A stretch of DNA of 64,000 nt from Selaginella moellendorffii (GCF_000143415.4 NW_003314261.1:6480817-6544816), one strand, 5' to 3'. Shown: positions 13,740 to 28,445, counted from the first letter of the stretch. The notes: generated from the sequence alone by a model not told the origin. A program made the numbers and translations.

Positions 13740-15388
13740 TTTAAATTTTAGGGTTCTTGAACATGCTGACGTGTCAGGGCTTTGAAGCTGGAACCGTTGC
13801 GAGCGTCTCAAGGAGCTGCTCTGCAAGTGCTTTTCTTCCACTCCGCCTCCTCGACTGCGTTCCGATTCCTCAAAGAGGGCCCTTCGTTTGACGGAGAGAG
13901 GGCTCGAGAATTCCTGGATTACTAGTTGTTCAAAGATAAAATCGAATACTCGGCACTCAAAAAACGAATATGCCGCGGACTACGATCACTCGTTTTGCTC
14001 GTCGTACTCGCAACGTCAATGTGGAGTCGATGTCCCGCTCTGTAACTTGCTAAGGCTCGTCGATGGTTCTTCCCCATTGATCACCTTGTTGGAGTTGGTA
14101 GCTCGAGATTCCTCCTTGTGAAGCACCAGAACTGAGCTTTCACTAGCGTCATCCATTTCACACAATCTGTCTGCCACTTCCCAATATCCTTTCTGCAATG
14201 ACAAACTGTCATTAGCACTGCCAAGAAGTATTCAGTCATGACAAACCTGAACCCATTCGTTCCAGGCCACAGGGTCAAGTTTTGACACATGCAAAGTCTC
14301 AGGAAGCATGACTAGAAACTCGTTGGGTGCAAGCCGGTGCTGCATGCAAAGAAAGTTGGTCTAAGAAACAAGACAAGGACAAAATGTACCTCATACTCAA
14401 AAATCTGGATATCCAAGGCTTCCGGGTCCGCCTCAGACAGCACCTACAAAAAGATTTGGGTGATCCCCTGAGATTCAAGAAAGAATGTAAGGCTTTACCC
14501 GAGCACCAGCAGGTCCAGCAATAACAACTGAGAAGCGTCCTGGACCAGCAACAAATATCCGCTGCTCAGCGATGGCCACGAGAGTTGTGTTGTTGCAAAC
14601 ATGCCACTCTTCTGGCTGTAATCACAGCAAGGAATCCCAAATGTGATATAACCAACTCAACCAAACCTTGATGTTCTCATTCCAATATCGATCCTCCTCC
14701 TCCTCCTCCTCCTCATCAGAGGATGAGTAAAATGGGTCCTCTTTTGCCGCTTTTGCCTTTTCCTCTTTTGCCTTCTCCTTTCGTGACAGTGCATTGATGC
14801 GTGCCTCCTCGATTCTTGGAGGTACTAGCTCGTCGACGCTGCAACGAGTAATCTCATCAAATCGGTCTAAATGGAGCACGCATACTGTTCCATGAGGTAC
14901 CGAATCCTCGCTTCAGTTAGCCGGTCTTCGTTTGAAAGAATACGCACGCAGTGCTTATCGAACGAAGAAACATTCCAGAGATAAAGGTTCATAGACGCTG
15001 GGAGACAAACAGAGATGAAACAAAGATACAAGAATCACGACACAAACTTACCCAAGTTTTTTGTGCGTGTCGTGTTAACCACTGCAACCAGAACCTCTCC
15101 TTCGTCTTCAAGCTGGAGGAGTTCAAAACCATACTGGAAATAAAAAATTACTAGAATCAAAGAGATGAAAAGAATTGAAAAAAATGCTTACGGTATACTT
15201 GAACTCGCCCTCCGGATTCTTGCGAGCCACAGCGGTTTCGAAAGGGCCCATCAGAACCCTATTCGGCCCATTCCCCGCAATATGGTTGTTATAGTAAGTG
15301 CTCACCTACAAGAGAGGCATCAGCTCGCTCTCTAAATAACAACACTGACCATATTAAGCGGAAGCTTCCTTTGCCCTCCCGATCCATG
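13740..15388 (-). CDS. Multi-exon gene or pseudogene of unknown function
   Basis: A series of short minus-strand coding-like segments bounded by GT/AG: STYYNNHIAGNGPNRVLMGPFETAVARKNPEGEFKYT, KERFWLQWL, DELVPPRIEEAR...acidic tract, WPGTNGFRFVMTEYFLAVLMTVCHCRKDIGKW. Family not recognised; boundaries approximate. Confidence 0.45.
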
Positions 15389-18300
15389 GTCAGGGATCCC
15401 TGGTGCAGATCCTCCACCACTCGTTATTTTCGATTGCCCGAATCCCATCGCCATCCTTAAATGAAGAACCCTAAATAGAGTCTTTGCCCGGTGTTAAAAA
15501 CACTTTAAAACGTTCGCTATTTTAAAAAGTTCCAAATTCGCCTTCTTCTCGAACAGAAGTTGCATGGACAATATCATTATTAAATACTAGAAATTGCCAG
15601 GAGCTGGCCAGTCAAGGTGACCATTTCTAAAAAGAAAATCCTTGATTCCGTTGCTCCCTTTTATGCACCATTGCTCCCACTCAATCAGATCCCCCCCTTT
15701 TGTTTGTGAGTCTGCTGGAAAAAGCCAGTGGATTTGTGATATTGACCTGGCAATAAAACAAAACCTCTAAGAGAGTCGTTGCAAGCTGTTTAGCACATAC
15801 CTAGTCTCTTTATTATGACAGTCAAGATGCAAGTGAAGAACACAAAGGTAGCACTGAGCAACACCGAGCAACACCTGGAGTGGGAGATGGATGTGATAGA
15901 AAAGAAAAATGCTTACATGTAATCAATAAAGTATTTCTGTACACAGTGTTTATTGTGTAAATAGACAAATCTAAAGGTAGAAGCTGGCCTTGTTCTGCAC
16001 TTTGATCCCGAGGCCAGACAGATATGTACATCTATAGAGCCACATATAACTGACCACTTCTCAACATTTTGAATGGTATCTCAGTATTGGAGGGTGACAA
16101 TGTTATTCAAGGGATAAAAATGCTTGATCCTTTGAATTGTCCTCACATGCGTTTTTAAGAAAGAAGGATGAGTAGAGCACCTTCTTTAAGAATTAATTTA
16201 TGTGGAAGGAGTCCAGAGGGTGTAATAAAGTTTAAGGAAAATCTTTTGGGTGTTTTGTTTCTGTGTCAACAGAGTCAATACTTGTAATATATATCACCTT
16301 GTAATAAAGAGATGAAAAAGGTTATAGAATTGTTAATTGGAACTGTATCATCATTGAGTGGGGTAAGAATAACTGGGGGTTTGAAATATCATTAGAATTT
16401 TGAAAGATAATAAGATAACTTTAACAATGTTTTCAAAGGTAATTTAATTGAAACAATAGAAAGTAATGGGTATGGAAAATAATTATTTCCATCTCCAATC
16501 ATGTAAGTTTCATATTCTTTTTAATTGATAGTTTTGTAAATGGCCACAATCTATATATCTTGACAGAATAAAAAATTATTAGTGCTTAAGAGACCATGAG
16601 GGACAATAAATAACATTTTTCAAAAGTCAACATTGAATAAATTTATATAAGCTTGAGTTTTGTGATGCAATTTCTTTTGATCTATTGCTATCTTAGTGGC
16701 TAAAATTTGAAATGTCATAGGTATATGAAATTTTAATTTCTTTTATAATATATATTTGTGAGTGCATGGAACATGGAAACAGAATATAAGAAATATGTAT
16801 ATCAATTAGCCCAAAACCCTAACTTATATACAAAAGCAAGTGGTCCAAATTGAAATCAATTTGATAGCTACTAAAATCTTATTATGCTAATATTAGTATA
16901 TAGCATTGTAGTTGTACACTTGAACCTCACATCATCCCCTCCTCTTAGAATAATGGAAGACTGTTAGGGTTCTCTTATAGATGGGCTAGGATCTGGAGGA
17001 ACATTAAGAAGAGTCATTAGTGGATCTGTAAGTGGTGTGAATTATTCCTGATCCCTTTATACAAAGTGTTTTAATTGTTGTATATACATAATTTCTAGAG
17101 GATCGGCCTGCTAGATATCATGCCAAACCTCATAAATTTATAGTCCATTTTGCCGCAATACTTGATATAGACCTTTCCATTGAGTGAGGAGCCCTTTATA
17201 TAAACCATATATCATAAAATGGGAAAAACAGACTAACACCAAATCATCCACTTTATACTCTGTAGGTGGACAATGATAAGAGTTATAATGCCATTATTGT
17301 TCCATTTGTATGTAGCTTAAGTGTTCGGTAGACTCTACTTGGATAAATAGAAGAATGCTTATCAAATATTGATCCCATGACTTAGCATTGGTAACCTGGG
17401 GCAATCACGAAGGTAAATCTAACTTTGTTAACAGTATTGGATTATGACCATATAGAAATTTATATGATAAAGCATCAATAAAACTCTGCACCCCTATGAC
17501 ATACATATACTAAAGAAACGGCAAATAACCATCCCAACCCTAATATTGAAAGTTCATGTACTTTATGATCATCCTTTTGAAAGTCTGAATAAGCCATTCC
17601 ACCAAACTATCTCACTATGGATAATAAACATTTGTGAAAGTGTAGTGTATCCCTATTTGAGATATCAAATGAAATGCCTTAGCCATAAATGTGGGACTAT
17701 TATCTGAAAGAATTCACTTTGGATAGGAATGTTGAAACATCCCTCGATTCAGAAGGAAGATTCAATAGCAATTGTAGACACGCTAACAAGAGCACTAACT
17801 TCCACCCAGCGAGTCAAGTAGTCAGAAGCAATAATAACATTACTCATTACCAATAGTCAATTGTGGAAAAAGTCCCATCAAATCAAATACTACCAACTAA
17901 AATGGATAGGAAATTATAATTAACTCCAACTATCCTTTCATAGCACGAGGGGGAGTATTACAAGCTTTGCACTAAACACAGTTATGCATATGCCAGATAA
18001 CATCATGTCACATCTTTGGCCAATAAAAACACCTCCGCAACTTCTCGATCACATAACAATGTCCTATAAGCCCATCTAGAATAGGAAAATCATGGTAAAC
18101 ATAGAGAAAATGTGGAATATAGATTGAAGGCACCATTAGCTATAAATGATCATTAAGATCCATCTCCAGAAAATTAAAAAAATAGTCCTTAAGGCAATAT
18201 TAAGAATGCAAATGCCAAATAGCAAGTCATTAGTAAGTGATACAAAATTTTCAAACCCATCACGAAGCCTTTAAATCCACAACTCAATATAAACCTCATC

Positions 18301-18422
18301 AAGAGAAGGTAATTCTTGCTTTGCAACTTGTGAACATTAAACATTAAATATAGTAACCGCCAATAGCATGGAATCCTCATCCAAAAAATCCATAGATGCT
18401 GGAACAATAGGTTCATCAGAAA

Positions 18423-21400
18423 GGGGATGGTCCAAAGTTGAGTTGAGCTCACGAGTTGAGCTCAATTCAACACAAGTCAATGTAAGTCAATATAGTCAAC
18501 TATAACTCTTACAAAGAAAATCTGTGTTAAAAAAATTAAGGTTCTGACAAACTTTAAAATATTAAAATATATGAATACCTAGGTCAAAAGTTTCTACTAG
18601 ATTGAGTTATTTAGAAAATATTAAGTTCATGAGAACCTATCTATTTTCTTACTAAAGACTATCTTCATAACTATCATATTTTGATTTTCTTACAATTCAT
18701 TAATATGAATCAAGATAAAGTTTTTGAAGGGTAGCCATTAATAGTGTATAATGGTAAGACAATATATATTTACATAAAATTCATTAATTCTAGAGTTCCT
18801 AAGTAAAATAAAATATCTGTAAGTACGAGTTGTAGGGCAAATCAATGTGAGAATATTAATTTCCTTTCATTATCACAATCTTCATATTACACTTCTAGTC
18901 CTTATTAGAATATAAAGACCATTATATAGTAATTCATATAAAAAACTCTACTTACTTGCCTATAGCACAATCCTCCTATATGAGAAAACTAAGGTATATT
19001 TTTGGGATGAATCCCCACTAGCATTTTTTGAGAGTCATTTGTGAACAATAATAATAGAAATCAAAATATTTTAAAAGACTCAAAAGTGATATCACATCAA
19101 AGAATCAAGTTTATCTACATTTCCAAGATTGAGAGGTAATCTCACATAAGAGAATGCATGTGGGCCCGTGTGCTTACATACTCTGCTACTATAATATAAT
19201 TTATATTTCCTTATGTATTTTTCTAGAAAGTTCAAGCGTAGAAAAAAATATATATAGATGGTCATTAAAATGATAAATATTCTAGCATGTGTATCTAGAA
19301 TTCTAGAAGCTCTTCTATTCATAAATAGACTATGATTTTGAAATCTCATTTCTGAGATTGATATTTCAAGAATCTGAGTATTATTAGTGTCATAATAAAT
19401 AAACCTTATTCCCAAGACTAAAAATTAATATATAAATGCCAAAAAAGTTAGTTATTATAGTATTTTTATTATCCTTATGCTCCTAAGAATTTAATATAGA
19501 AATGGCTCAAAGGAAAGTCATTACTACTCGTCTATAAGTTCCTAACATCTCATATTAGTTTCTACCTTCATCCCTAAGGTTTACCAACATTCCACATTCA
19601 TCTCCACCATAACTATATTACAATCTTCTTTCTATTAAAGGTTTTTATAAAGTCAAACTAAAGCTCCCTATATACAAAATTTTGAATATTGTTATTAAAG
19701 AGTGATTACCTTCAATGTTTCAAGAGCAGTGCCACATGTTTTTGCAAGATTTTGCTCTTGGTATGGCAAAACTACTTAAAAGCACAAAATGTTATTATAT
19801 TTAATGTCTAATATGTTACTTTTTTCTGGACAAGACAAATGTCTTCATTACAAAATTTTCTTAAATTGCTTAACAATGGGCGTAGAAAGTGTGGATGTAC
19901 AATAAATTCAAGAATAAATTATAGACATATACCCACTATTTCTTCATGGTGAGGAACAACATCCCCATGGGAAACAATGCATTAGCTAGTGTAGAATATG
20001 GGTTTTTTAGGCTATTGACAAAGTCAATGATGGGGAGTTTCCTCAAGTTGAAGTCTATTACACCTAATCCATAGAAGATCTCACTCTTGATTTAATGGGA
20101 ATTAATGAACAAATTGAGAGTTTAATTCTAAAATGCCTAATATGCCTTTTTTTTCTTGGGTCAGGACATTTTTAAGGGCTTTTATAGTTTTCTTGAGCAT
20201 TGCCACAACTGCTACATAATTAGTGTTATCACTTCATATAATTGTTGATAAGATATTGAAGGATGAGATGACAACACACAAACATTACAAATTGATGGTT
20301 GCATGTGAGAATACCAATTTGCAATTATGGAATATGATATTAACATTGATAACTAACATTGACACTATTACTGACAATTTGATATATGATAGGATTTTCT
20401 TCTCAAGTAAGGATTCATTTAAATTTCTTCTATGTCATCATCAACATGTCATTTCCTTCTATGCCTCCGTCTATATTGAGATTGTGCTCACTTTGCATTG
20501 TTAAGCCATAGCCTTTGCATACTTTAATAGATTTTTAAAACCTCCAACTCTAAAAACTCAAGGTGAGTGTGATATATAAAACAAAACTAAATATGTAATG
20601 AAATCTTAATAAATATAAATTACCTCCTTGAGGTTAGAGGTAACTCTAAGCCAGTGTTTAAATAAATGATGTTTTTTAATAGCAAACACCAATCTACTAG
20701 AATTATATGCTAACTCCACCATATAACCATTACTTATTGTGCAATCAGTCACAATACTATCTAGTGAGTAATAGAGCTCAAGCAAAACTTGCTTTGTTGA
20801 TGGAGTTTCAAATCAATACTTAGGAATGTATTGCAAATCTACTCAACCACAAGATTCAATATGATGTTAGTGGCACTATTGGGNNNNNNNNNNNNNNNNN
20901 NNNNNNNNNNNNNNNNNNNNNNNNNNNNNNNNNNNNNNNNNNNNNNNNNNNNNNNNNNNNNNNNNNNNNNNNNNNNNNNNNNNTCCGAGGCCAGAAACTG
21001 CCCGAGGTGGCGAGCTGGACCTCGACCTCGGGCAGTTTGGGGATCCGGGGGCCCGAGGTTATTTGAATAACCTCGGGCCCTGGAGGCCAGAAACTGCCTG
21101 AGGTGGCAAGCCGGACCTCAACCTCGGGCAGTTTCCGGGTCCGGGGGCCCGAGGTTATTTGAATAACCTCGGGCCCTGGAGGCCAGAAACTGCCTGAGGT
21201 GGCGAGCCGGACCTCGACCTCGGGCAGTTTCCGGGTCCGGGCGCCCGAGGTTATTTGAATAACCTCGGGCCCTCGAGGCCAGAAACTGCCCGAGGTGGCG
21301 AGCCGGACCTCGACCTCGGGCAGTTTCCGGGTCCGGGGGCCCGAGGTTATTTGAATAACCTCGGGCCCTCGAGGCCAGAAACTACTTGGCTTATACCCTA

Positions 21401-24400
21401 TTGTATGTAATTTTTTAAAAAAATTTTAAATGATGGTATATATAGCACCTTTCAATATGTAAGTTATTTGACAATTAATATTTGTTTTCCCATTTATATA
21501 GAAAGGATGCATTCTAAACAAGATTTCATACATATTTTGGATTCATGACAGAACTTTAAAGAGTATAAATCTGGTATGTTGCATTATTATATTAAATATA
21601 TTGTACTATTTTAATCTATGAATGGATGAATCCATATCCATAAATTTGTTTTGTATTGTGTATGAACCTAAATTATAGGCATATGCTCTAAATGTCATTG
21701 AGGAGTATTTGTATATATGGCTAAAACTCAACTCATATTGAGAATCAAAACTATGTCATTGAAGAATTATCATTACTAACATCACCTAACACTAAAGATT
21801 TGACAAACTATTGATATTTTACATGTGATCGGATATCTTGCATCTCCATGCTAAAGCAGAATGTTATTACTATCATCACTAACAATCAAACTTCACGTGC
21901 TGAAAACCTTTTCTTGGATTTGTGTGCATGAAATAGACAACAGAACATATGATAATACTATCACACTTACACATATTAGATATGCTATAGTATTTAAATT
22001 CATTTGTACATTGTTATTATTCTTCTTATTGATCTCCTTAAATCTCAATTTATGTTTCACTATAGATTTTTACAAGTAGCATAAGGGAGATAGAGAACTC
22101 CAAAACCTATAAAGAAGGATGAAAAGGTTCTTCTACATTTTTGAGATCACTTACCACTTTTGTTCTCTTAAAATCATGTTTCTAAAAGTTTTTTATGTTG
22201 CCATTTTTATCTTCATTTTGGCTCTATTTTGTTAGAGGTTGTGATCTACAACAATACTAGTATGGTTGTTGCTTGGTATTTTATCTTTCTAGTGTTGGCA
22301 AGGGTAGAAAGATAAAACATAAACCAAACGTTATAGAGATTCAAGTTTATGGATTTCCAATCAAAGTGTTTAAGCTAAAGTGAATGTGAAGAAAGAGTTA
22401 GTCATCATCCTCTCCTCCTCTTCCAATTTAAGTGGAAAAACTATGCTAGTGTTAGCCCCAAATTCATGAGCTCCATCTTCAGTAATATTCAAAGGTATTA
22501 GTAATGTTTTCCACTTTTCCCACTTCTCAGTCAAGATACACTTATTTCTATATATACCCATGAGTGAGCTTCCATCCTACTACAACAACAATATCTTCTT
22601 TGATCTAAAACCTTTTATCAACAACACTAGTTCCAAATGAAAAGGGATGGAGACCAAATAAACTGTCTAAAATTGGTGTAAGATCAAGACCACACACCTT
22701 TAGCATTTTGAAGGAATAGTGTCTATAGTTTACTATTGTAGGCATTTGGATTGCATAGATGAAACATGTAATCAAAATAGCTATAGAAATTTTATATTTT
22801 TTGAAAGGTCTATAATCAATCCTCTTGCCTATGACACCATTATTATTGATTCAAGTGTTGGTTTTGCAAGAATTTTCCTTTATATTGTGCCATTTACAAG
22901 GGCAAAATGTATTACTTCCTTCTGTGGGATAGAGTGGTTAGAAGAGATGAAGTCTCTTATTTCTTCTTTATTTTTGTTACCTTTTAATATTATCTTTTTA
23001 ATTAGAACCAACCACTTAAGGACCTCACATACACCCCAATAATGAATCTCTTAAAAAGTAAGCACTTAAGCTAGTATTCTTTTGAGGTAAAGAAAGAGAA
23101 GATAAGTTTGTATAAAACATGTTTATTGGATTTGATATATAATATAGAGCAACTTTCAAAAGCATTAGCATTTAAGAAAGAAAAATATTAGAAACAAGGC
23201 CTTCTGTTGAGATGTTACATAATGGGATAAAAAAAAAGAGGATTCCACCAGCTCAAGAAGTGTCAATTGTAGTTGAGAAAGTGATTCGTGACACATCTAT
23301 AAAGTACAATTCCTAAGCTTCTATTAGTAACATGAAAATTGTTCACTTAAAGTGTTATTTTTTCTTTATTGATGAAGATATTGGTATAAGTCTTGGAGTG
23401 AAAAGCCTAGTATTCAATAATAGACTTGATATTAAGTACCATTTTGCTCCAAGATATTGCACATTGTCAAAATAAAAAATGGAGAGTACACAATTGTTAT
23501 TCAATACTTTTCTTGCATATAACCAAACTTTACTAAGCACAAAAAATATAGGAAGGCATATATATATTACATTTTCATCAACACTTTACACTAAGATCCT
23601 AAAGTGGATATTTATATACATCAGGCAAGCTTTATTACTACTAAGTCATAAAACTTTTGGAGCTAATAATATTCTCCAAGACTATCAATATTTATTCTCT
23701 ATCAGTAATATATACTTTTTATACTTTATATAATTAATAGTAAAACATTAATTTCAATTTGTATACTTCCAAGTTTTCTTTTTACAATACTATTTGTACT
23801 ACTAGTGTGTCTTTTTTTTCTATCTTTACCATCTCAAAATATATTTCATAGTAGTTTAGGGCCATGATATTGCAATATATTGCAAGAGTGTATATACTGT
23901 TGTATTGATTGTTACCACTGTTTCCACCAAAAGCTAGAAATAAATATGGCATTTTTTGAAAGTCACGGAATTGTAATTTTTTAAAACAAATAGGGGGGCA
24001 TTCTTTTTCACCTAAATTGTTGCATCTTTTATCATTTCATTTATCTCCAATATATGATCATTATTCTCATTATCCTCTTTTTCCATCTTTTATATGTTTT
24101 GAATGTGTTGTGCAATGGGATGAATATTGCAGCTCCTAGTCCATGAATTACTACCATGAGGAGAAAAATGTCAAGAGTTGAAACTACCAACATTAGAACC
24201 ATTTATTTTATGTTTTGACGAACTTAAATAAAATAATATATAGTAAATATTTAAATTCTTGGACAAGAAGCCTCCTCTAAAATAGTTTTATCCATATAAA
24301 ATGTAGAGAGTTATGAAAATATAGTATAAAGTTAGGTTTTTTATAACCTTAATTTTTTTAAAATTTATAATGTTTGTATTAAATTGCAATTGAAAATTGA

Positions 24401-24453
24401 GCTCAACTCGCGACCTCAACTTTTCAGCTCATGAGCTCAAAAGTGGTCCGCGC
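18423..24453. mobile_element. Degenerate TIR DNA transposon (hAT- or Mutator-like) inserted in the Gypsy RH-integrase linker
   Basis: TCATCAGAAA is duplicated at 18413-18422 and 24454-24463, and the Gypsy frame (...LLSHVSDEPIVPASMDFLD) rejoins across the insertion. Subterminal inverted repeats AGTTGAGCTCACGAGTTGAGCTCAA and TTGAGCTCAACTCGCGACCTCAACT. AT-rich decayed interior; includes an assembly gap. Confidence 0.7.
20984..21383. repeat. GC-rich tandem repeat with a 96-bp unit, at least 4 copies (runs into a gap)
   Basis: GAGGCCAGAAACT recurs at 20987, 21083, 21179, 21275 and 21371. Each unit contains two inverted repeats. Confidence 0.95.
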
Positions 24454-27400
24454 TCATCAGAAACATGAGATAAGAGCGAAGAAGGAAGAGGAATTTGAAA
24501 AAGGGCATCAGCATCAACCATAGAACTCCTCAGGTGATAAACAATATCAAAATTATATATTTGAAGCTTCAGAGCCCACCAAGCAATATGACAAACCAAG
24601 TCTTCCGTTTCAATAATGAAGTAACTATAGCATGATCACCTTCTAATAATGTCTGAGAACTATGTAGATATACATGAAATTCCTCGAAACCTCAAACTAT
24701 TGTTAAACACTCATAATAGTTCACTTCCATTGGTTGTAATGTACGGTTAATATATGCAATAGGATGGAACTAACCAGGCATACTTGGGCTCTCTTGCATC
24801 AACACACCTCCAAAACTGACATGAAAAGCATTAATGCTCAAAATGAAAGGTCGAGTGTAGTCAGGATATGCTAAAACTAGAGGAGTCGTCAACAGCTCTT
24901 TGAGATCCATAAACGCCCCTCACAATCTACAAACCAGATGAAAAATGATGTTGATGACTTTAGTAACACTTACAACAATGCAGTGTGATCAGAAAGATGA
25001 TTAACAAAACAATCAAAATACTACACCTTGCCCAGGAAGTGTTGTACATCATTCATACACTTTGAAGTAGAGAACTTTAGAACAACCACAAGTTTGTCAG
25101 GATCAATTTGCAAACGCTCACAAGAAATATAATACCTAAGATAAGTTAGACCCAAACACGCACTTCAACCGCTTTAGTTTTAAACCAACTTCTCATAGCT
25201 GATCCAACACCTTACGAACATCACGGATGTATTCCTCCTATGTCCCCTTCAAGTGGATTAAGACATCATTAATGAAGTCAACAATCAACTTCGGTATATC
25301 GTAAAGAACTTTATCCATCATCCGCTAGAAAGTTGTTAGAGCATTGTTCAAACCAAATGCCAACACCAAGAACTTGTACAAATCAAATGATGTACAAAAA
25401 GCAGTTTTAGGAATATCTTCTTCAACTATTGATACTTGCTAGTACCCGAAAACAAGATGTAACTTAGTGAACTAACAACTTCTCTTTAGATGATCCAAGA
25501 AATCAGTAATGTAAGGAAGAGGGTACACATCCAGGATTATCACTTCGTTTAACGGACGATAGTCAATGCAAAAATGAATATTCCCATCAGGCTTCGTCAA
25601 GATGAGGTTCACACACCCAAGGACTCTATGACTTTTGAATAACTCCCTTTTCCAATATCTTTTTGACATTTACATATAAAATCTTGATCTATTTGGGTGA
25701 CTGGAGAAAAACAAAAACCTTAATTGGATGAGCATTCCTAATTGGAATAGGATGATGTATTGCAATTTTGGCCCCAGATGATAAGTCAAATTCAAAGAGA
25801 TTAGCATACTCCTTCATGAGTCAATCAACTGCTACAACACAAAGACTATCGAAGGGATTGGAAAAAGAAAGAGAGGAACAAGATAGAAAATATTTAAAAG
25901 TACAAGACATGGGGGAGAAACCTCAAAGTCACACTTGGCTTGATTGCGTTGCAACCAATCTATACTAAGGATGAGGTCAAAAACTTAACTTGGAACCACC
26001 CGTAATGATTGCAACTCAAGTTCAAAATCGTTTACACACACAATTAGGTCTGCCTCATCTCGCACACATGTGTGTATACAGTTGTTGCCATAAGGAATGA
26101 AAATTGGCTTTGCCACATGACGCAAATGCAAACAGCAACGTGTGGCAACAGGTCGAGCAATAGAAAATAAACTCAAACCTGTATTAATCAACACGAAGAG
26201 AATAATAGGAGACCTTTTGTTATAAAAACGAGTTTGGAAAATAAACACTGGATGAATTGGTGCCAAGTGAACCCCTTGATAATACTCTCGAAAGAAAAAT
26301 AGAGGAGTCACTAACTTATTCACAGAAGATCCCTTTACTATTCATATAACTCCTCATTTTCTGAATATATCTCGATGTTTAGACCTTCCACTACAGTAGC
26401 ATTAACAAACTATTGTTGACACCAAGGTCTCCACCAAGGAAATGAAGGTTGCTAATCTGAAAAACACTGACAACACCGATAAATATGACTAACTTCATCA
26501 TACTCCTAAGAATGGACTTCATAGCCACGACCATGTCCTCATACTTGTCCTTGAACTCGGGAAATCAACCTCCATTAGAATAGGACTATCTTCCACAGGA
26601 AGTAGAACTGAAGGACGTGTAGCAAGAAGTGGAAAAGGCGACGTTTTATAACGTTGTGCCAGGCAAAGGGCATTATCAAGGTGGCTGGGTGGCTGGAGCA
26701 AGTGCATCTAGAAGTCTTACAAGATCTTGACAAAGTGCTAGCCACAACATTTCCAGCTTGATCCGCTTTGACATATTTGGCTTCGCACGAAGCAAGAGGC
26801 TTCAGAAACAAATGATGCTCTATTTCGTTAAAATGGGATTTATTCAGTAAAATGGGACTAGGTACAAATTTTCAAGTATTTGAAAATGACGTGAAATTAT
26901 ATGTTTTTTGTCTAGGGGCTAGACATATCTGGGGCATGGTGACTAGCGCGGTGACTTTGTGTCCAGACTGAGTCCATCTGGTTGTATAATAAATCTCATT
27001 GTCAAGGTGAACAAGCCAAATCTGAAGCTAAAGAAGAGCGATGGCATGCGCGCACACACTATTTGTTTGTTTATTGAGCGTGTGGTGAGCTTTCCAAGAT
27101 GAACGTCATTCCTATTAGCCAAACATATAACTTAATGGTGAGAACATTTAGATATTATTCAATGTTATCTTTTTCTAACGAATCTAATTGTGAAGGTGTA
27201 GCAAGAGGCATTGCTAGTCTGGAGAAGTCATTTAACTCATTTGACCTTTAGTGTATTTTCATGAAACTAAATAACATTCATATTATTAAGGAATTTCTCT
27301 AGTACCTTTTTTTTACGACATAGAGGCTTGCATTTCTTTCAAAGGTGATTTAGTAAAAGGCCTGAGGGCACATGCCATTCTATTTCTCAGACCGGTATTA

Positions 27401-27474
27401 AGATATACTAGTGTAAAGGGAAAAAGGTATTTGGTGATCAAGTAAATGGCATGAGGGCACACGCCATTATAAGC

Positions 27475-27732
27475 CTAAGTGCTAGTGGACACCTCCTTTT
27501 TGGTACTCTTAGCGGTACTATCATCCTTCTCCGGGTCAGTTGTTTTGCTTTGGATTGTTGTCTCTGACGTTACTGGGGCATTCTCGATAGTTGTTAATGT
27601 TGCCGTTTGTTCAGAAAAATGATCACCTGGAGTATAGTACGGGGAGTTTGGAAGACTTATATATTCTACATCTTCACCTATCTCCTTCTCCGTCTCCTTT
27701 TTTGCCTCACTTACAGATTTTGTGCTTGCCAT
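27475..27732 (-). CDS. Small Ser/Thr/Glu/Lys-rich ORF, present only in copy 1
   Basis: MASTKSVSEAKKETEKEIGEDVEYISLPNSPYYTPGDHF... with coding-like composition. The segment is deleted in copy 2. Confidence 0.35.
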   Translation of the reverse strand: MASTKSVSEAKKETEKEIGEDVEYISLPNSPYYTPGDHFSEQTATLTTIENAPVTSETTIQSKTTDPEKDDSTAKSTKKEVSTST

Positions 27733-28445
27733 GAGAACGCTCTTCACCCTAAAATATGGAGTTCGTTGTGTTATAAAAGGAAACCAACACACACGCTACA
27801 AGGGAATGATGGTACATAAAGCACATAAGCCCACAATATGGGTTTATGTGCCATTAATATGGGCCACACGCCATATTATTAGATTTATGCACGTGTGATT
27901 AGTAAATGCATATGTCACATCATCTTTGTTTTACCTCACACACTATATCAGGCCTAATGAACCATATCACATGTGCGCACATGCTATATATATGGAGAAG
28001 TATTATGCAAGGATAGAAAAATTCAATGCATGATTGTGGAGAGCAATGGCATGAAGCCACATACTAAATAACATTTTAGAGAAAGAATTAAAATAAAAAC
28101 ATGCTAATAGTACTGAGTGGACCAAGACTTAGAAGTGCACAATTGAATGAGGTATTTCTAATAAATATTTCACTCACCTCATATAGGAATGGCTACCACT
28201 CTCAAATGGCGTATCGCCTCATGCCATCACCTCACAATTTGTTATAACAATCCGATGAATTCATATTCGGCTTGTTCACCTTGAACTTTAAGTAAGATTT
28301 GCTAGAACAACTAAGAATTTATACTTGTTATTTGTATCATCTCACCTAGGAATGGCATAAGGCCACATGCCATCACGCCTCCTCTGATTCAGATTCGGAT
28401 TGTTCACCTTGAAATAAAATACATTAGAAACTCAGTAAAGGAATA

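Noticed and set aside
20984-21383. CRISPR array
   Set aside because: Whole units repeat with no unique spacers, the context is eukaryotic, and there are no cas genes.
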